DNA from: Lama guanicoe
Lineage: Eukaryota
Length of the DNA stretch: 64,000 bases
Reading direction: 5' to 3'
NCBI GenBank assembly: GCA_013239625.1
Contig: MU053754.1
Location: 1,593,966 to 1,657,965 of the forward strand
Below the pieces are notes generated by a model that saw only the letters and a program-made list of their open reading frames with translations, did no database searches and was not told the origin of the DNA. This document shows positions 1-12,400 of the stretch, in pieces. Numbering within the stretch: the stretch's first letter is position 1; the number at the start of each line of letters is the position of its first letter. The position numbers and the translations under genes were made by a program.

Positions 1-399
1 GGGGTTGAAGATCATGATCTGTAGTAACATGAATTCGCTCGGTTGTGCGGTTTTTCCTCAGCAGCCATCAGCAGCTTGGATGTGGACCAAGGACGGCAGA
101 TGGCTGGGCTGATTCAGGATCGGGCTTCTGCAAAGAGCAGTACATAACATTTCAGTTTGTTTCCGTTATGAGCTCTGTTGGACTGATCGACTTCAATGAA
201 TTCTCCACTGTAAACACGGGGTACAAAAACTACTCCCTAATGGATACATTGTGGCACTGTCATCTGCTGAACGCTACAGTAGCTTTGAGAATGAAATGAG
301 CTATAGCTTTGCAGAGGAACATCAGGCCTTTAATGGTGAGTGATAGATGCAAGACCCCCCAGATACAAGCAGTATGATTCCATTACTACAAAATTCATT

Positions 400-645
400 C
401 TGTTTAAGGCTGCAGACGAGTAAAACTACAGAGAAAAGCAAGGAAATGATTATCCCCAAAGTCAAGAGTGGTAACTTCTAGTAGGGAAAATGGATGGTGA
501 TCAGGGGAGCTCCTGTGCAGCTGGCAATATTCTCCTTCCTGACTTGAATGATTACGGATTGTTCCTTTTCTATTATTCAGTAAAATAGATGTATCTTTTG
601 AATGCATTTGTATGTCCATAGGTCATATGTTATAATGAAAAAGTG
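400..645 (+). mobile_element. Old L1 (L1ME-like) 3' UTR fragment
   Basis: AAAGCAAGGAAATGATTATCCCCAAAGTCAAGAGTGGTAACTTCT...GCTGGCAATATTCTCCTTCCTGACTTG resembles the L1ME 3' end. Recognised by eye. Confidence 0.55.
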
Positions 646-714
646 ACTTTAATAGCACTCAGTATCATTTTAATTCTCTATAGAGGTTAGTACGTATTCT
701 AATAAGCCAGGAAT

Positions 715-1180
715 TCTTTTTTCCAGTGACAAGCATTAGCAACCCAAATCAAATGGTGCTTAAAAAAAAAAAAGGAACTGAATAGTTTATGTGCGGCCTT
801 CAGGCTTAGCCAGGTCCAGGTGCCGAAATGCTACCTAGTGGGGTCTGTCTCTCTCCACTGTAGCTCTGTGTTTCTCAGTGCTTCAGTGCTGTCTTCAGTC
901 TCACAGATGAAGATGGATTTATAAACAAACAAATCTCTTTCTTAGAAATTCTAGCAAAAGCCCACATCTGGCTGTCCCTGGATAATCATGGGTCACAGAT
1001 TCTTCCCTAGCCAGTCACTGTAGTCAAGGGATTTGAAATGCTATTTGGCCAGGCCTGGTCCCCAGGTCTGCCCCAGGAGCTCTGTATCGCAGGGTCTGAG
1101 AGTCATAGCTAGTGTTGCCTAGAGAAAACTTAATTGTTTTAACTATAAGACACAGGGTGGACACAGGAGTAGACAACACC
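715..1180 (-). mobile_element. Degenerate MaLR LTR (MLT1J/K-like)
   Basis: CAACCCAAATCAAATGGTGCTTAAAAAA...GGCCTTCAGGCTTAGCCAGGTCCAGG...CTGGCTGTCCCTGG...GGGTCACAGATT resembles an antisense old MLT1. Confidence 0.5.
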
Positions 1181-2638
1181 CACCAATGTCCACTACCATT
1201 ATTGCCGCCTTTCTTTGGTGCTGTTACCAAGCAGTAGTTGCCTTTCATTTCCTACTCCTGTATTCCAAACACCTCACTTCCTTTCCAGCCTTCTCCCAAA
1301 TAAAGAGCAAAGGCAGACAAAAATAAACAAAATGCATTTAAAAAGACCCAGGAACTTACAAGGAAGCAAAAGGACTGAAAGAATGATTGAATGATGCCAT
1401 TTCCCCCAGTCTTTGGCCTCTCATTAGTTACCTTACTGGTACTTTGGGTCAGAGATTTGCATCAGCCCAGGTGTATAATTGCTAGTGACTTACTGACAGC
1501 AGTCCCTGCTAGCACGGCACAGTGGATCAGAATGTGACGCTCTGCTTGGCAGGACAGTGAAGGGTGCCAGATTGACCCAGCTCCCTCAGCATTGCCTAGT
1601 GACCAGCAACTTTTGTCCGGGAGTCTCAGGGGACAAACAGAACTCACCGTGCTCCTTAAAGTGCATAAAGGGGACAGGTCACAAATGCCCTGGAAGTGTG
1701 CAGGACAAAATGGATTTCCCCCACAGGAAGAGGACAAGCCACCTACCAGTGACCATGCTGACTGGTGCTCCAGGACCATTCCAAGATAATTACAACCAAG
1801 AATGTCTCCAGAATTAATATGTGTGGTTCACTGAGTCCTCTGTGCTTCTCCTCACACTGCCAAGGCTGAACTGCCAGGCTGATCAGTACAAATTCAAAAG
1901 CATCCTGAGCTCACCAGCTCCTTCTGGGCTCCCTCCACTGGAATCGAGTGTTAATAAAGTCCATTGAAACAAAAGCTCCAACAGACTTTAGCCTCAGGGC
2001 ATTTCCTTCCTGAGACCTGAGGGAGGAAATCTACAATATCAGAACATTGGCAGCCGAGATATGTCTTCCCAAAGTGATCAAGAAGGAGAAAACTCTGTCT
2101 CTTTTTAATAATTACCGGTAATCATTTCACAACAAAAGGCTTTGTGGCTTCTGTCACATACGATCGATGAAGATTAAATTAACATCTTGGGAACCCACAA
2201 AATTATTCCACAAATATACCTTGGGCTCCCTCTTAGGTGCTGAGCACTCTGGCAAGCTCTGGGGACCCAAACATTAATAACATACAACTCCTGCCAAAAA
2301 GATATTACTCAGGACTAATTCGTCTCTAGCAGCATTTTCAGATGACACACAGGCTGTGGTGAAGCTAGAATATTAAAGTAATCTCTTGTCAAAACTCCCT
2401 CATCTCCCAGGAAAGAGAATTAAAAATGCAGCTGTCATATGGGCCCTGGCCCAGGTCTGATAGTTAACAGTCGCCCTTGCACCACCCGTGGGGAGGTACC
2501 TCCCCTCCTCCACCCACTCCTCCCTCCAGACTGTACAGCTCAGGTGCTAAGGGTGGGGGGTGGCTAGGCCAGGGTGCAGGAGGGATGTGAGCTCCTTCCC
2601 CACCTTCTCTCCCTTTTCCTGTATCAAGCCCTCAACTC

Positions 2639-3020
2639 TGTTAGGACCTGAACTGTGTTGTCCTCCCAAGATTCATAAGTTGAAATCCTCTCTCCCAGTA
2701 CCCCGGAACATGACTGTATTTGGAAATGGGACCTTTAAAGAAGTGATTATGTTAAAATGAAGTCCTGAGGGTGGGCCCTAATCCAACAGGACGGGTGTCC
2801 TTATAAGAAGAGGAGATTAAGACACAGACACACACAGAGGAAAGATCATGTGAGGACATGGGAAGAAGACAGGCGTCTACAAGCCAAGGAGAGAGGCCTC
2901 AGGAGAAACCAGTGCTGCCGACACCTTGATCTTGGACTCTGGCCTCCAGGATTGTGAGGACAGGAATTGCTGTTGTTGAAGCCGCCTTGTCTGGGATCCG
3001 GCAGTCCTAGCAAACCCGGT
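2639..3020 (+). mobile_element. MaLR solo LTR, MLT1B-like
   Basis: Starts TGTTAGGACCTGAACTGTG. Contains GTATTTGGAAATGGGACCTTTAAAGAAGTGATT, GGGTGGGCCCTAATCCAA...GTCCTTATAAGAAGAGGAGATT and AAGCCAAGGAGAGAGGCCTCAGGAGAAACC. Clearly homologous to the copy at 61676-62668. Confidence 0.85.
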
Positions 3021-4193
3021 CCACCATTGTGCTGTCAGAATGCAGAGACCCTGCAGCAACTTGCAGGTTTTTGTGATGCCTTTTTTTTCTTCTTCCCAAT
3101 TTGCAAAGCACAGGAATTTAAAATATGGGAGAATTCTTGCTGTATAGACTGAAATGGTACAGCTTACTAAACCCAAACATATGCAAGACCCCCCCCAAAA
3201 AAATTTACACATGGCACCAAATCCTGTCTTCTCCCTCGTGACTCCCCCTTTCTCCCTCCCACAGACAAGTCCCCAGACAATTTTAAGGATTTTAAGGCGT
3301 TGCATAACCTGGCTTGGAGGATCCAATGAAGCTTTTACTGAATCTGGCTTCATGAGATGCTAACAGATTGTGAACTATACATTTGCTGATTTTCCCCCTG
3401 TGCCAGACCATTTTTAAGTTATGTGTGCACAGAATGGCATTTAAAGGCCTTAAGTATCTCTCAAGGGAAAGAAAAGAGCAGAAAATAGCCCACAAAACTC
3501 TCATAATGTGAGCAAGAACAGCTGATGCAAAGTTTGGTGTGGGTTTTGTTTGTTTTTTTGTTTGGAGGGGGGCTGTTCTGGTTGGTTGTTTTGTTGTTTT
3601 GCTTTGGCACTGGAGGAAGGGAGCAGGGAACAGAAGGGAGCTATTTAGGAAAGTCATTTCTAGACTAGAGGGGGAGGGCTCAGGACTGCTGGATTCCAAC
3701 TCCTTAGGGGTGGGAAGGTGAGCACACTTTGGGGGTCCCTGTGTGATGACCCTGCAGGCAGTTCAGCTGTTGGGGCTCAGGACACCCAGCCTCCACCTCA
3801 ACCCCACCCCCTCGCAGTCTGTGGACAAGTGGTGGTTTTTTAAAAAAATGTTTTTTTAAGCAGACTTCCTGTTATGTTCAAGGAAGGCTTGGGCCGTTTT
3901 ATTATTAAGCAATTTTCTTTTTAAGTTTTCTTTTAAAAAGGCCACATTTCCCCCAGACTAAAATCTGCTTTACTCAAGCCTCCATGTTTTAAATCTCATA
4001 TTTTCTTAAGCCCTTAATTAAGCTTTCCAAGAGCTCATCTGTTTAATTTGCATTCCGAAACAGAAAATCTAATGTGTTTTAACATTGTCTGCTTCAGCCG
4101 AAAAGGAAACTGTAAATTTATACAGTCTGGCTTAAAAAAAATTGGCAGTTGCATCCTAATAAGTCTCCGGAATGGGGTTCCAACCCCCGTGTC

Positions 4194-4375
4194 CTCAGCC
4201 TCCCATCCCCCTCCTTCCTCTTCTCCCTTCCCCCTCCTCCTCTACTTTCCCTCCCTTCCCCCTCCTCCCCACCCCCTCTTCTTATCCCTCTCCCCCCTCC
4301 ACCTTCCCTCCCCAACCACAGGCTCCCTCCTCCTCTTTCCTTATCCCCTCCCCCACAACCCCTCCCCCAGCCCTT
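4194..4375. repeat. C/T-rich low-complexity polypyrimidine tract
   Basis: About 180 bp made almost entirely of CCCCT/CCTT/CTCC runs. Confidence 0.9.
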
Positions 4376-5070
4376 CGCGGTGGGGGCGGGGCGAGCCTGG
4401 AAAGGTCACGTGGCCCCCTCGTCCTCTCGGGCGGGGGAGGGGCGGCCGCCGAACCTGTTCTTTGTTAAGAGGTCAACGCCAGCGCCCAGCGCCGCCGGGA
4501 AGGAGTTACCGACGACCTTCGAAGAGCGGCGCACTCGCAGCTCCCCTCCCCCTCCCCACACGCCTGCCCTGCTCTCGAAATGCTCTGCTGACAAAACACA
4601 GCTCGGGCTCACCGTTTCCTCCTGGGGATCCTAGGCCCTTGGAGGTGCTGCAGAGAAACAGAAAGGGACAGCAGAGGGGTTGGGCTTCGGCGGAGCGGCA
4701 GAGCGGCAGAGCGGCGGGAGGGACTAGGGATAGATGGACGTCGGGGCCAAAGATAAAGGGGAAGCTCCTGGAGGCAGAAGGCCTGGGGGGAGCACTGAGA
4801 AGCAAAGGTGTAGGAGCTAGGGGAGGGAAAATCGCGCCCAAACCTTTAGGGCTCTCCGTCCTGTCGGGGGACACAGGAAGCTTTCTCTGAATTTCTGCTG
4901 AATGTCAAAAGGGTGAAGTTTGAGAACCGCTCCCCACTATGCAGCCCTATAATTAAACTCCCAGTAGGACCGCGCGGGAGGCTGGTGCTTGGAAGTGCTG
5001 TGCGCTGCCTGCCCTGGGTCAGGCGCGCCCTGAATGTAGTAACCTTTGAAGCCTCTGCTACAGTCGTCAT
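4370..5070. promoter_or_regulatory. CpG island, promoter- or enhancer-like
   Basis: Dense CpGs and high GC against CpG-depleted flanks. GC box GGGGCGGGG at 4383-4391, AAAGGTCACGTGG at 4401-4413, NotI site at 4442-4449. Two CCAAT boxes just downstream (5211, 5223). Confidence 0.75.
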
Positions 5071-6454
5071 GGCGAGACATGATTCACGAAGTTATCAGAT
5101 GTGCTCGGGTTCATTCTTCAGCCATCTGATGAAATCTTTGCCACTTTACAGTGGCTTTACCGCTTAATGTTAAATAATGGATACTCTTCCTAATATAAAG
5201 CGAAGCGTAGCCAATGTTCTGGCCAATAAAATGAAGATTCCTTGAGAAAACCGGTGTTAGTGTTTGCATGCATGACATGCCTGTCGTTTTTCTCTGCAGA
5301 AAAAAATGTTCCATCCAAACATGGGAGTTGAGCCTAGAGGGGTGGTGAATAATAATGGGCTCACACTGTCTAAATAGCTTAGCATTCTGATTTTGTTATC
5401 TAGCCTTAAAAATACTTTTCTAGGTCACTATTTTTCAAAGGCATACTTTTAATGATGGCTGAAAATTCCACATATGGAGTTTTAAATGCCAGAGTATATT
5501 AACCATTCCCCCACTGTGAAACATCATTCTTCGTTAACCCTGAAGAACTATAAAATTACCCCTTGTGTAGTTACACAAGTACTCACTACTGAAAGTGCAA
5601 ACAGTGAATGCAGTTTCCTCCTGACATGCGTATGTTGTCTGCTTGCTTTGGGGTTGTTTGGAATTCCTATTTGAAGCCTTCCAGAGTTAAAGGTAGAAAA
5701 AACATTTGCCAAGTTTCCAAGCCAAGAGCTGCTTCCTGTCCTTTGAGACCTCAGAGCAGAAAAGAGGTTCGCCTGGGGTGGGGGTGGTGTCGCATGGAGG
5801 ATGCTCCAGGTGCCTGGAGAGCACCACACATACCTGAATACCCTGGTCCTGGAAGGATCCCTGATGGGAAACTCCCTCTCCCAAAGCACTGCCTTCCACG
5901 TCCCTAGGATGTCCAATAAAGCCTAAATGTTCATGGTGAGGAGTGGGAAACTTTCCCTTCTTTTGGGCTCTCTGCTAAATACATAGCTTTTGTCTATATA
6001 CACACACACGCACATTTTACATGCATGATGGTTATCGCTGATTATATATGAACTTAGTGACTTTAGAATAAAGGCACAAAACGATGTGGGACAAGGAGGC
6101 ATCACAGAGAAAAGACAGCAGTCCCTGCCTGATAGAGAAATTCCGCAGGCCAGGGAGGCATCAGAGTGATGGGCTGAAGGACTCGCTCTTCTGGTGCCCA
6201 TCACACCATCACCTGTACTTTGTGAGCAATTCTTTCCCCCGAGTCACTTCTCCCCGCACTTAAGCGTGGACTATACAGGAGAGATGTGAGAACAGGGCAC
6301 AGCCTTTCATTTCACAGAGCTAGACCTTCAACTTCTGTCTCTCTAGTCAAGAACATAATAATCCCAGAGCCAGTCTTGTATGTCTGCCGAACACTCACAG
6401 ACTGGGTTTCTTGTTTGAGTCAACGACTTCAGTGTTATAGTGTGACCGGTCGTA

Positions 6455-6990
6455 TGTATCTACCCAAGAGAAAAGAAGACATCCATCCACACACACTTCT
6501 CGATGAATATCCACAGAAGCATTATTCATAAAAGTCATGAAGTGGAAACAACCCAGATGTCCATCAACAGATGCATGGATAACAGAATGTGATCTGCCTA
6601 TACAGTGGAATATGATTCAGCCACAAAAGGAAATGAAGTACTGATTCATGCTACAACGTCGTCGCACCACAGAGACATTATGCTGGGACAGGAAAGGCAG
6701 CCTGTTGTTTGATTCCATGTCTATGAAGTGTCCAGAAAAGACTGACCTATAGAGACAGGAGGTAGCTAAGTGGTTGTTGGTTTTTGCCAGCTATAGGAGG
6801 GGAAGGGTGGGAAGTGGCGGATCATCAGTGCTACGTTTCTTTTTGGGGTGATGGGAATGTTTTAAAACTAGTTTGTAGTCATGGTTGCACAACTCTGAAT
6901 ATGCTAAGAAATAACAACACTGAATTGTGCACTTACAGTGGGTGGGTTTTATGGCATGCAAATTGTATCCCTGTAAAATGATTTTTTAAT
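6455..6990 (+). mobile_element. L1MB-like 3' end
   Basis: GTGGAAACAACCCAGATGTCCATCAACAGATG...CAGCCACAAAAGGAAATGAAGTACTGATTCATGCTACAAC...TTTCTTTTTGGGGTGATGGGAATGTTTTAAAACTAG...GGTTGCACAACTCTGAATATGCTAA. Confidence 0.85.
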
Positions 6991-7571
6991 GCAATAGTGT
7001 ATAACACTGGTTTTGCAGGCACTGTCTCTAGGTGAAAAGCAGGCCCTAACACAGAACTGTTTAAGACAGAATACCTTCCAAATAAACCACCCCAAAACTA
7101 GCATACCCTGGAGCTCAGCCCTTCTGGTCTTGTTTGTCTTCCTGCATTCTGCCCGAGGAGCTTTGTGATGATGGGCTTGGCCGCCTTTCCCAAACACCCT
7201 ACAAAATAATCCATGAATTGATCTTGCTGGAGATTTATGCAGTTAACCCCCAATCCCTGAGGCTTCCTGCAGCCTTTCCTCCAACTAACCTCCCCAAACT
7301 TAGCTGAGCTCTGATGTGTTTCCTTCTCTACAGATAGACCACCACCCACAGTCAGAGGCACATTTCCCATTGAAACCAGGACCTACACTTTTACATATGT
7401 GACCGAAACCAAATGCTCATGGGATCACCTGTACCCTTGCCATGTGTGACAACTGTACTTTTCTCCTTTGTCCACTTTCATTTTCTCAGTGCTGGTCAAC
7501 AGCTGCTCCTTTGAATTCCCAACCAGCTAATTATCTGGGCGACCCTCCCCAGGTTAGAAAATACTGATCCT

Positions 7572-7752
7572 CGGGGGTGTTAGGCAATACATGGAGGCCT
7601 TTTGGTTGTCACACACAAATGGTCAGAGGGTGCTGCTGGCACCTAGTTTGGAAGCCAGGGGCGCTGCTCGCCATCCTGCGGTGCACAGGATGCCTCACAG
7701 CAGAGAGCATCAGGGCCCTAAGAGCCATGGTGCCAGGGCCTAGAAACTCTGA
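7572..7752 (+). mobile_element. MER20-like hAT MITE (diverged)
   Basis: TTTTGGTTGTCACA...GGTGCTGCTGGCACCTAGT...GCCAGGGGCGCTGCT...CATCCTGCGGTGCACAGGA...AGAAACTCTG. Confidence 0.7.
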
Positions 7753-8529
7753 TCCCCACTCTGGGAACGTTTCCTGTGGATTCAGATCCACTCATCAGGT
7801 CTTGTAGTTAACTCTGAAATAAAGCTGAGGGGGCTCTCTACGTAACCGGTGACGTGACCTTGTTCCTGCCTCTTCTTCTTCTCCTTGATGCCTTCCCCTT
7901 CTCTACTACTGATCCAGTGCAGGCAGTGTGGGTCCCCAGCTGACTCAGCTTGTGAGGGAGATGCTCAACTGCCTTACCTGTATTTAGCCAAGGACTGATA
8001 TGTGCTCAGTGGATTTTTATCGGCAATCATCAGCTTAACTCACATAAAAGGTTATTTCTTGTATCCCTGTGAACCCCAATCAATCCCCCTAGTTTGAACC
8101 AGTTTCCTCCGCCCATGGCTGGTCCTCAGGGGACTGTGGGTCTTTGTTATTTGGGCCTGAGGTTGCTTCCTTTGGCTTTGGTTCAAACGGTTCTGAAATG
8201 AAGGCCCACTCTGCCCACACCACAGCCTCAGCCCAAGAAGGACACGGGCCTGGCTCCCTGCTCGGTGCACCTTGGCTGCAGTGAGCTCCCCGTGTTGGTC
8301 CCTCCTCCTGCCATTTGGCCTATCTGCTCACATCCGCCTGGGGCCTCCCCCATGCAGCTCCCCACCTCCTGCCCTGCCTTCTGCTCCTTTGGAAAGTTCC
8401 TCCTCGCCAGCCCTGCTCTGACTTGTTCTTTCTCATTTGATAACTCAGAAACCACCCATGATGCAGACCGTGGGCCTGTGTTTCCTACTCTGACCCCACT
8501 CACTCCCACACCTAAGTCACATGTTCCCT

Positions 8530-8672
8530 AGGCTTTAAAAAAAAGGTCTACTGCCCAAATCCCACCCCCACCCCAGGTCCTTGGGTTTAATCGTTGTCTG
8601 GGATGTGGCCCACCCATTGGAATTTTTTAAAGCTCCCTGGGGATTGTCATGTGTAGCCAAGGCCGGGGTCCT
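8530..8672. mobile_element. MER5-like hAT MITE fragment
   Basis: GGTTTAATCGTTGTCTGGGATGTGGCCC...ATTGGAATTTTTTAAAGCTCCCTGGGGATTGTCATGTGTAGCCAAGG. Confidence 0.6.
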
Positions 8673-8929
8673 GATTCACCCCTTTGTTCATTCCTGATGC
8701 ACTGCTGCTGCAATTTCCTCACTTTGCTCCCCTGGCAACCACTTGGAGAACTCCGGGTTTCTCTTTATTATGCCTTGTAGGTTTTTCTTTGGGGAGGCAT
8801 TTTCCTGTAAGTTAATTTTCTGAATTTTGATTCATGGAGGCTTCTCCTAGAGAAGAAATAATGCTAGATTATTGCTAAGGGGAATGGAACTCAGGAACAC
8901 TTTTATAAAAATATTTTTTCATTTATGAC

Positions 8930-9118
8930 AACTCTGGCACTGTTGGCATTTGGGGCTGGATCAGGCCTTGTGCAAGGAAGGATGTTGAGCAGTATCCCCC
9001 ATCTCCACCCAGTAGATGCCAGGAGCACCCCCTGCCCCCAGTTGTGACAACTCAAATGTCTCCAGACATTGTACATGTCCCCTTGGGGGAGCAAAATCAC
9101 CCCAGTTGAGAAACACTG
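8930..9118 (-). mobile_element. MER20 hAT MITE
   Basis: CCCAGTAGATGCCAGGAGCACCCC...AGTTGTGACAACTCAAATGTCTCCAGACATTG...CAAAATCACCCCAGTTGAGAAACACTG, ending in the terminal inverted repeat. Confidence 0.85.
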
Positions 9119-9234
9119 ATTTAAGAGTATACAGAAGTCTGGCTTTGCTTTGCTGATTTTCAACTATATTAAAAAATTACACTTTTTTGAAATAGTTTTC
9201 CATCTCGTTTTTTAAATTTAAAATTTTTTAACCA

Positions 9235-9465
9235 TTTTTTAACTGCAGTATTGTTGATTTAGTGAGATAGTGTTAGTTTCAGGTGTACAGCGAAGTGATT
9301 CAGTTATTTACATACATGCCTTCTTTTTCGGATTTTTTCCATTATAGCTTATTACAGGATATTGAATATAGTTACTTGTGCCATACAGTAGGTCTTTGTT
9401 GTTTTGTTGTGTATATATAGGAGTGCGTATATGTTAATCCCAAACGCCTAAATTAGCCCTCCACT
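9235..9465 (-). mobile_element. Lineage (cetartiodactyl-type) L1 3' end, 5'-truncated
   Basis: TGTTAGTTTCAGGTGTACAGCGAAGTGATTCAGTTAT...TTATTACAGGATATTGAATATAGTT...GCCATACAGTAGGTC is the reverse complement of the L1 end type seen at 62.1-62.25 kb. Confidence 0.8.
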
Positions 9466-12400
9466 CCTTCAGTCTTGTTTAATGCAGAGAGCAATTTGTC
9501 TTGTTGAGATGGGAGAGAGAGACCCAAGCCCACCCTCCCGGGTACTTGTAGAGGAAAGCTGGGGCAGGCCCACCGGAAGAACAACCATCGGGTACAAGGC
9601 GTATGATTCGGTTGGAGGCGGTGCATTCAGTAAAGTTAGCAGAGACACGACCCCCGCCAAGTCTCAGGCACTTGTTTGCAGGGGTCCACAGAGCTCCCCC
9701 TGCTCACAGCTTGGCACGTCCTTAGTTCCTTTCTGCCTTCCAGCCAGGCCAGTGCGGGTTCCTCCCTTTGGGGATCACGTACTCCCTTCCCTCACTGGAG
9801 CTGTGCCTCCAAACCCCCTCAAATACCAGAAGAGCTGCCTGCAGTCAGGGACAAGCTGTGGCCCGGTCAGGAACAGTTTGTCACTTCTGCGTGACAGGGC
9901 GCCGTCAGGCACAATGCCATCCAAGCTTGTATCTGCACAGAGCTGTCCCAGGGAAAACAGATAACGCTGAGGGGTTTTTAAAACTAGACAGAGCATCAGT
10001 GGAGTTTTTGGGGTTTTTTTTAATTACAGCGTTTCTAGAACTATGTTAGGAATTTCAGAACAGACACTGGCCCTTGGATTCTTTCCTTCTGAATTGTTCT
10101 TGGGGAAATGAGTCATCCTCTTTCCCTTTCTCGGTTCTGCCTACAATGCACTGCCATGTAAAGACATGTCCATACGTGACTTCCAGAGGGACATGCTTCG
10201 TAATACGTGAGCCGTAGCACAGAATGGAAATGGAGGGGCCTTTGTTCAAAAGCAGGACAAGGAAGCTTCCTTTCTTCCACAGTCTCTCGTGACCTGTCTT
10301 TGTGTTTTTACTTTCAGTGTCATACTTCTTTGGGCACAGAGATACTCACAGGTGCCAGGGTCCCATGACTCCCCAAGTAGGGCGCATGCCTGATGACCCA
10401 GACCATCACTCCCCACCCCCAGGACAGAGGGTAGCCGCAGTCCTGGGTGGGGCAGGGAAGTGGGCTGCAGAGACCCATCCTGGGGACCACCCCCCAGCCC
10501 CACCTCCATGCTCCCTTGTCCTCGGACTGCACTGTCAAAACACACTCAGATTAATCATTAAGGCTGTCAATATGGCGGTTTCAGAGTATGAAACCCCAAG
10601 CCAGGGCCCCATCTGAGCATGGGCCACCTGCCACTGAAGTGTCACAAGGCCATGAAGCTGCCTGCTTCCCTCTAAAGCACCAGCCAATCCTTTACATAAC
10701 TAAGGAGAGGGTAAAGAAGACATTTCCCAAATCATGAGATGCAATGAGTGCCCAAATAATTTGTTCTTTTAGAAACAGAATTAACATTTCAGGCACCTTT
10801 GTTTTTCTTAATTGCCAGATTCTTTTTTCACATTGTTAGTCTCTGTACAATGAAAACACACAGTGTCCATTTTTAAAAATCAGCTTCCTTATCTTGTAGT
10901 TCCTGCCGTGTTATCTCTTGATTGATATGTAAAACAGCCAAAAAAGAACTAAGGAGTTGTGTTTTATGTTGTGGCCAAAATATGCACATTTCACAAACTC
11001 AGGTTGTCCCTTGCTTGACATATAATGACGTCACTTGCCAGGAGTCTGAAAGGGCCTAAGCAGTGTGGATTAAATGGGAAAGAGTGATGGTAAAGGATTG
11101 TCACCAGAATCTGTCACTTCTTGTCCAGTGTTTCTTGGCGTAGGGACCTTGAACCTCCTGCACTGCAATGTGCCCTGCCCCAAGGACCGGAACTCCAAGG
11201 CTGACATCTTGGGCATCTGCCTTTGTAACCGACACCCCAGCTGACCTGACACACCCAGACTTGGAGCAGCACTGCCCAGTCCAAGTTCTGGCCCCAGGCA
11301 ATGGTGAACAACACACACTCTTCCCAGAAGCAGGATGAACCCGTTCCTGTTCTAGCTGCTGGGCTTGTTCCTAGACATCCTTGGCGGGAAAACCAGGCCA
11401 CAGACACACCGCGTCTAAAGGCGTCCCCACCCACCGCAGAGGCGTGGAGTCACGCAGCAACATCATGATGGCGTGGGTGCCTGGTTCCTAGCTCTAAACT
11501 CACCTCTCTGGCCACCCTGAGTTCGAGGTGCACATTCGGGAGCACCACACACTACTCCGTCCAGCTTCTCCACCTCCTGAGACAAGTATTACACAGACAC
11601 GATTTGTGCTCTCCCTGTTTACAATTCTGATATCCCATAGGAGAGAAGACTCCAAAAGCAAATACCTTATGCTCAGGAAACACATTCCTGTCTTCTTAGG
11701 AGGTGACTTTTTTAACTTTAGAAAGTCCTCCGCGTGTAAAATGCTTTTGTTATATTCCTGAGACAGAAATCTGCTAATGTGATCAATTCTTTCACTGTAG
11801 TTGCAAACATCTTTCTTTGGGGGAGGGGTAATTAGTTTGCCATGGACACGATGGACGTTTGTTTCCGAGTGTCAAGAACACCGTCTTCCTGTCACGTCTG
11901 TTCACAAGCCATGCATCCGTTAGCCCCAGGACACTCAAGAGGAGGAGCTGGTCCTTGTTTTATCAGCACATTTGTTTTTGGAAGGATCCCATCTGGCAAA
12001 ACTTTGCCTTCTTTCCCTGAAATTTTTTGTCACGGATGATGTATTGGATTCATTTAAACTACAAATACATTTTAAAATACAAGAGCACCAGGAGCCCTAA
12101 ATGCAAAAGAAAAAAATTTAAGGCAAAATAGGAAGAAAATAGAAAGGTGGTACAGATAACTGCTTAGAAGCTTTCATAAATTCTGCAAGATGGTGATAAC
12201 GGTCGACAACCTGGCAAGTGTTTCAGGGAAATGAACAGGAAGTGAAACCCACTGCATGCATAACAGGGCCAGTATTTCATTGTGTAAAGTCCCTCAAGCC
12301 TTCGGGGTCCTCAGAGCCACTTTGTAGCCTACACACTTGGCAGAGGTGGTGCCCTCACTGCTCCATCCCACCCTCCAGCAGAAGACTTCCTGGCAGTCCA

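Noticed and set aside
4048..4890. 280-aa Pro/Gly/Arg-rich ORF and overlapping ORFs
   Set aside because: A by-product of the stop-poor C-rich tract and CpG island. It starts at TTG, is low complexity, and has no recognisable homology.
11812..11840. TTTGGGGGAGGGGTAATTAGTTT resembling the SINE tail
   Set aside because: Too short, with no SINE head and no clear TSD.
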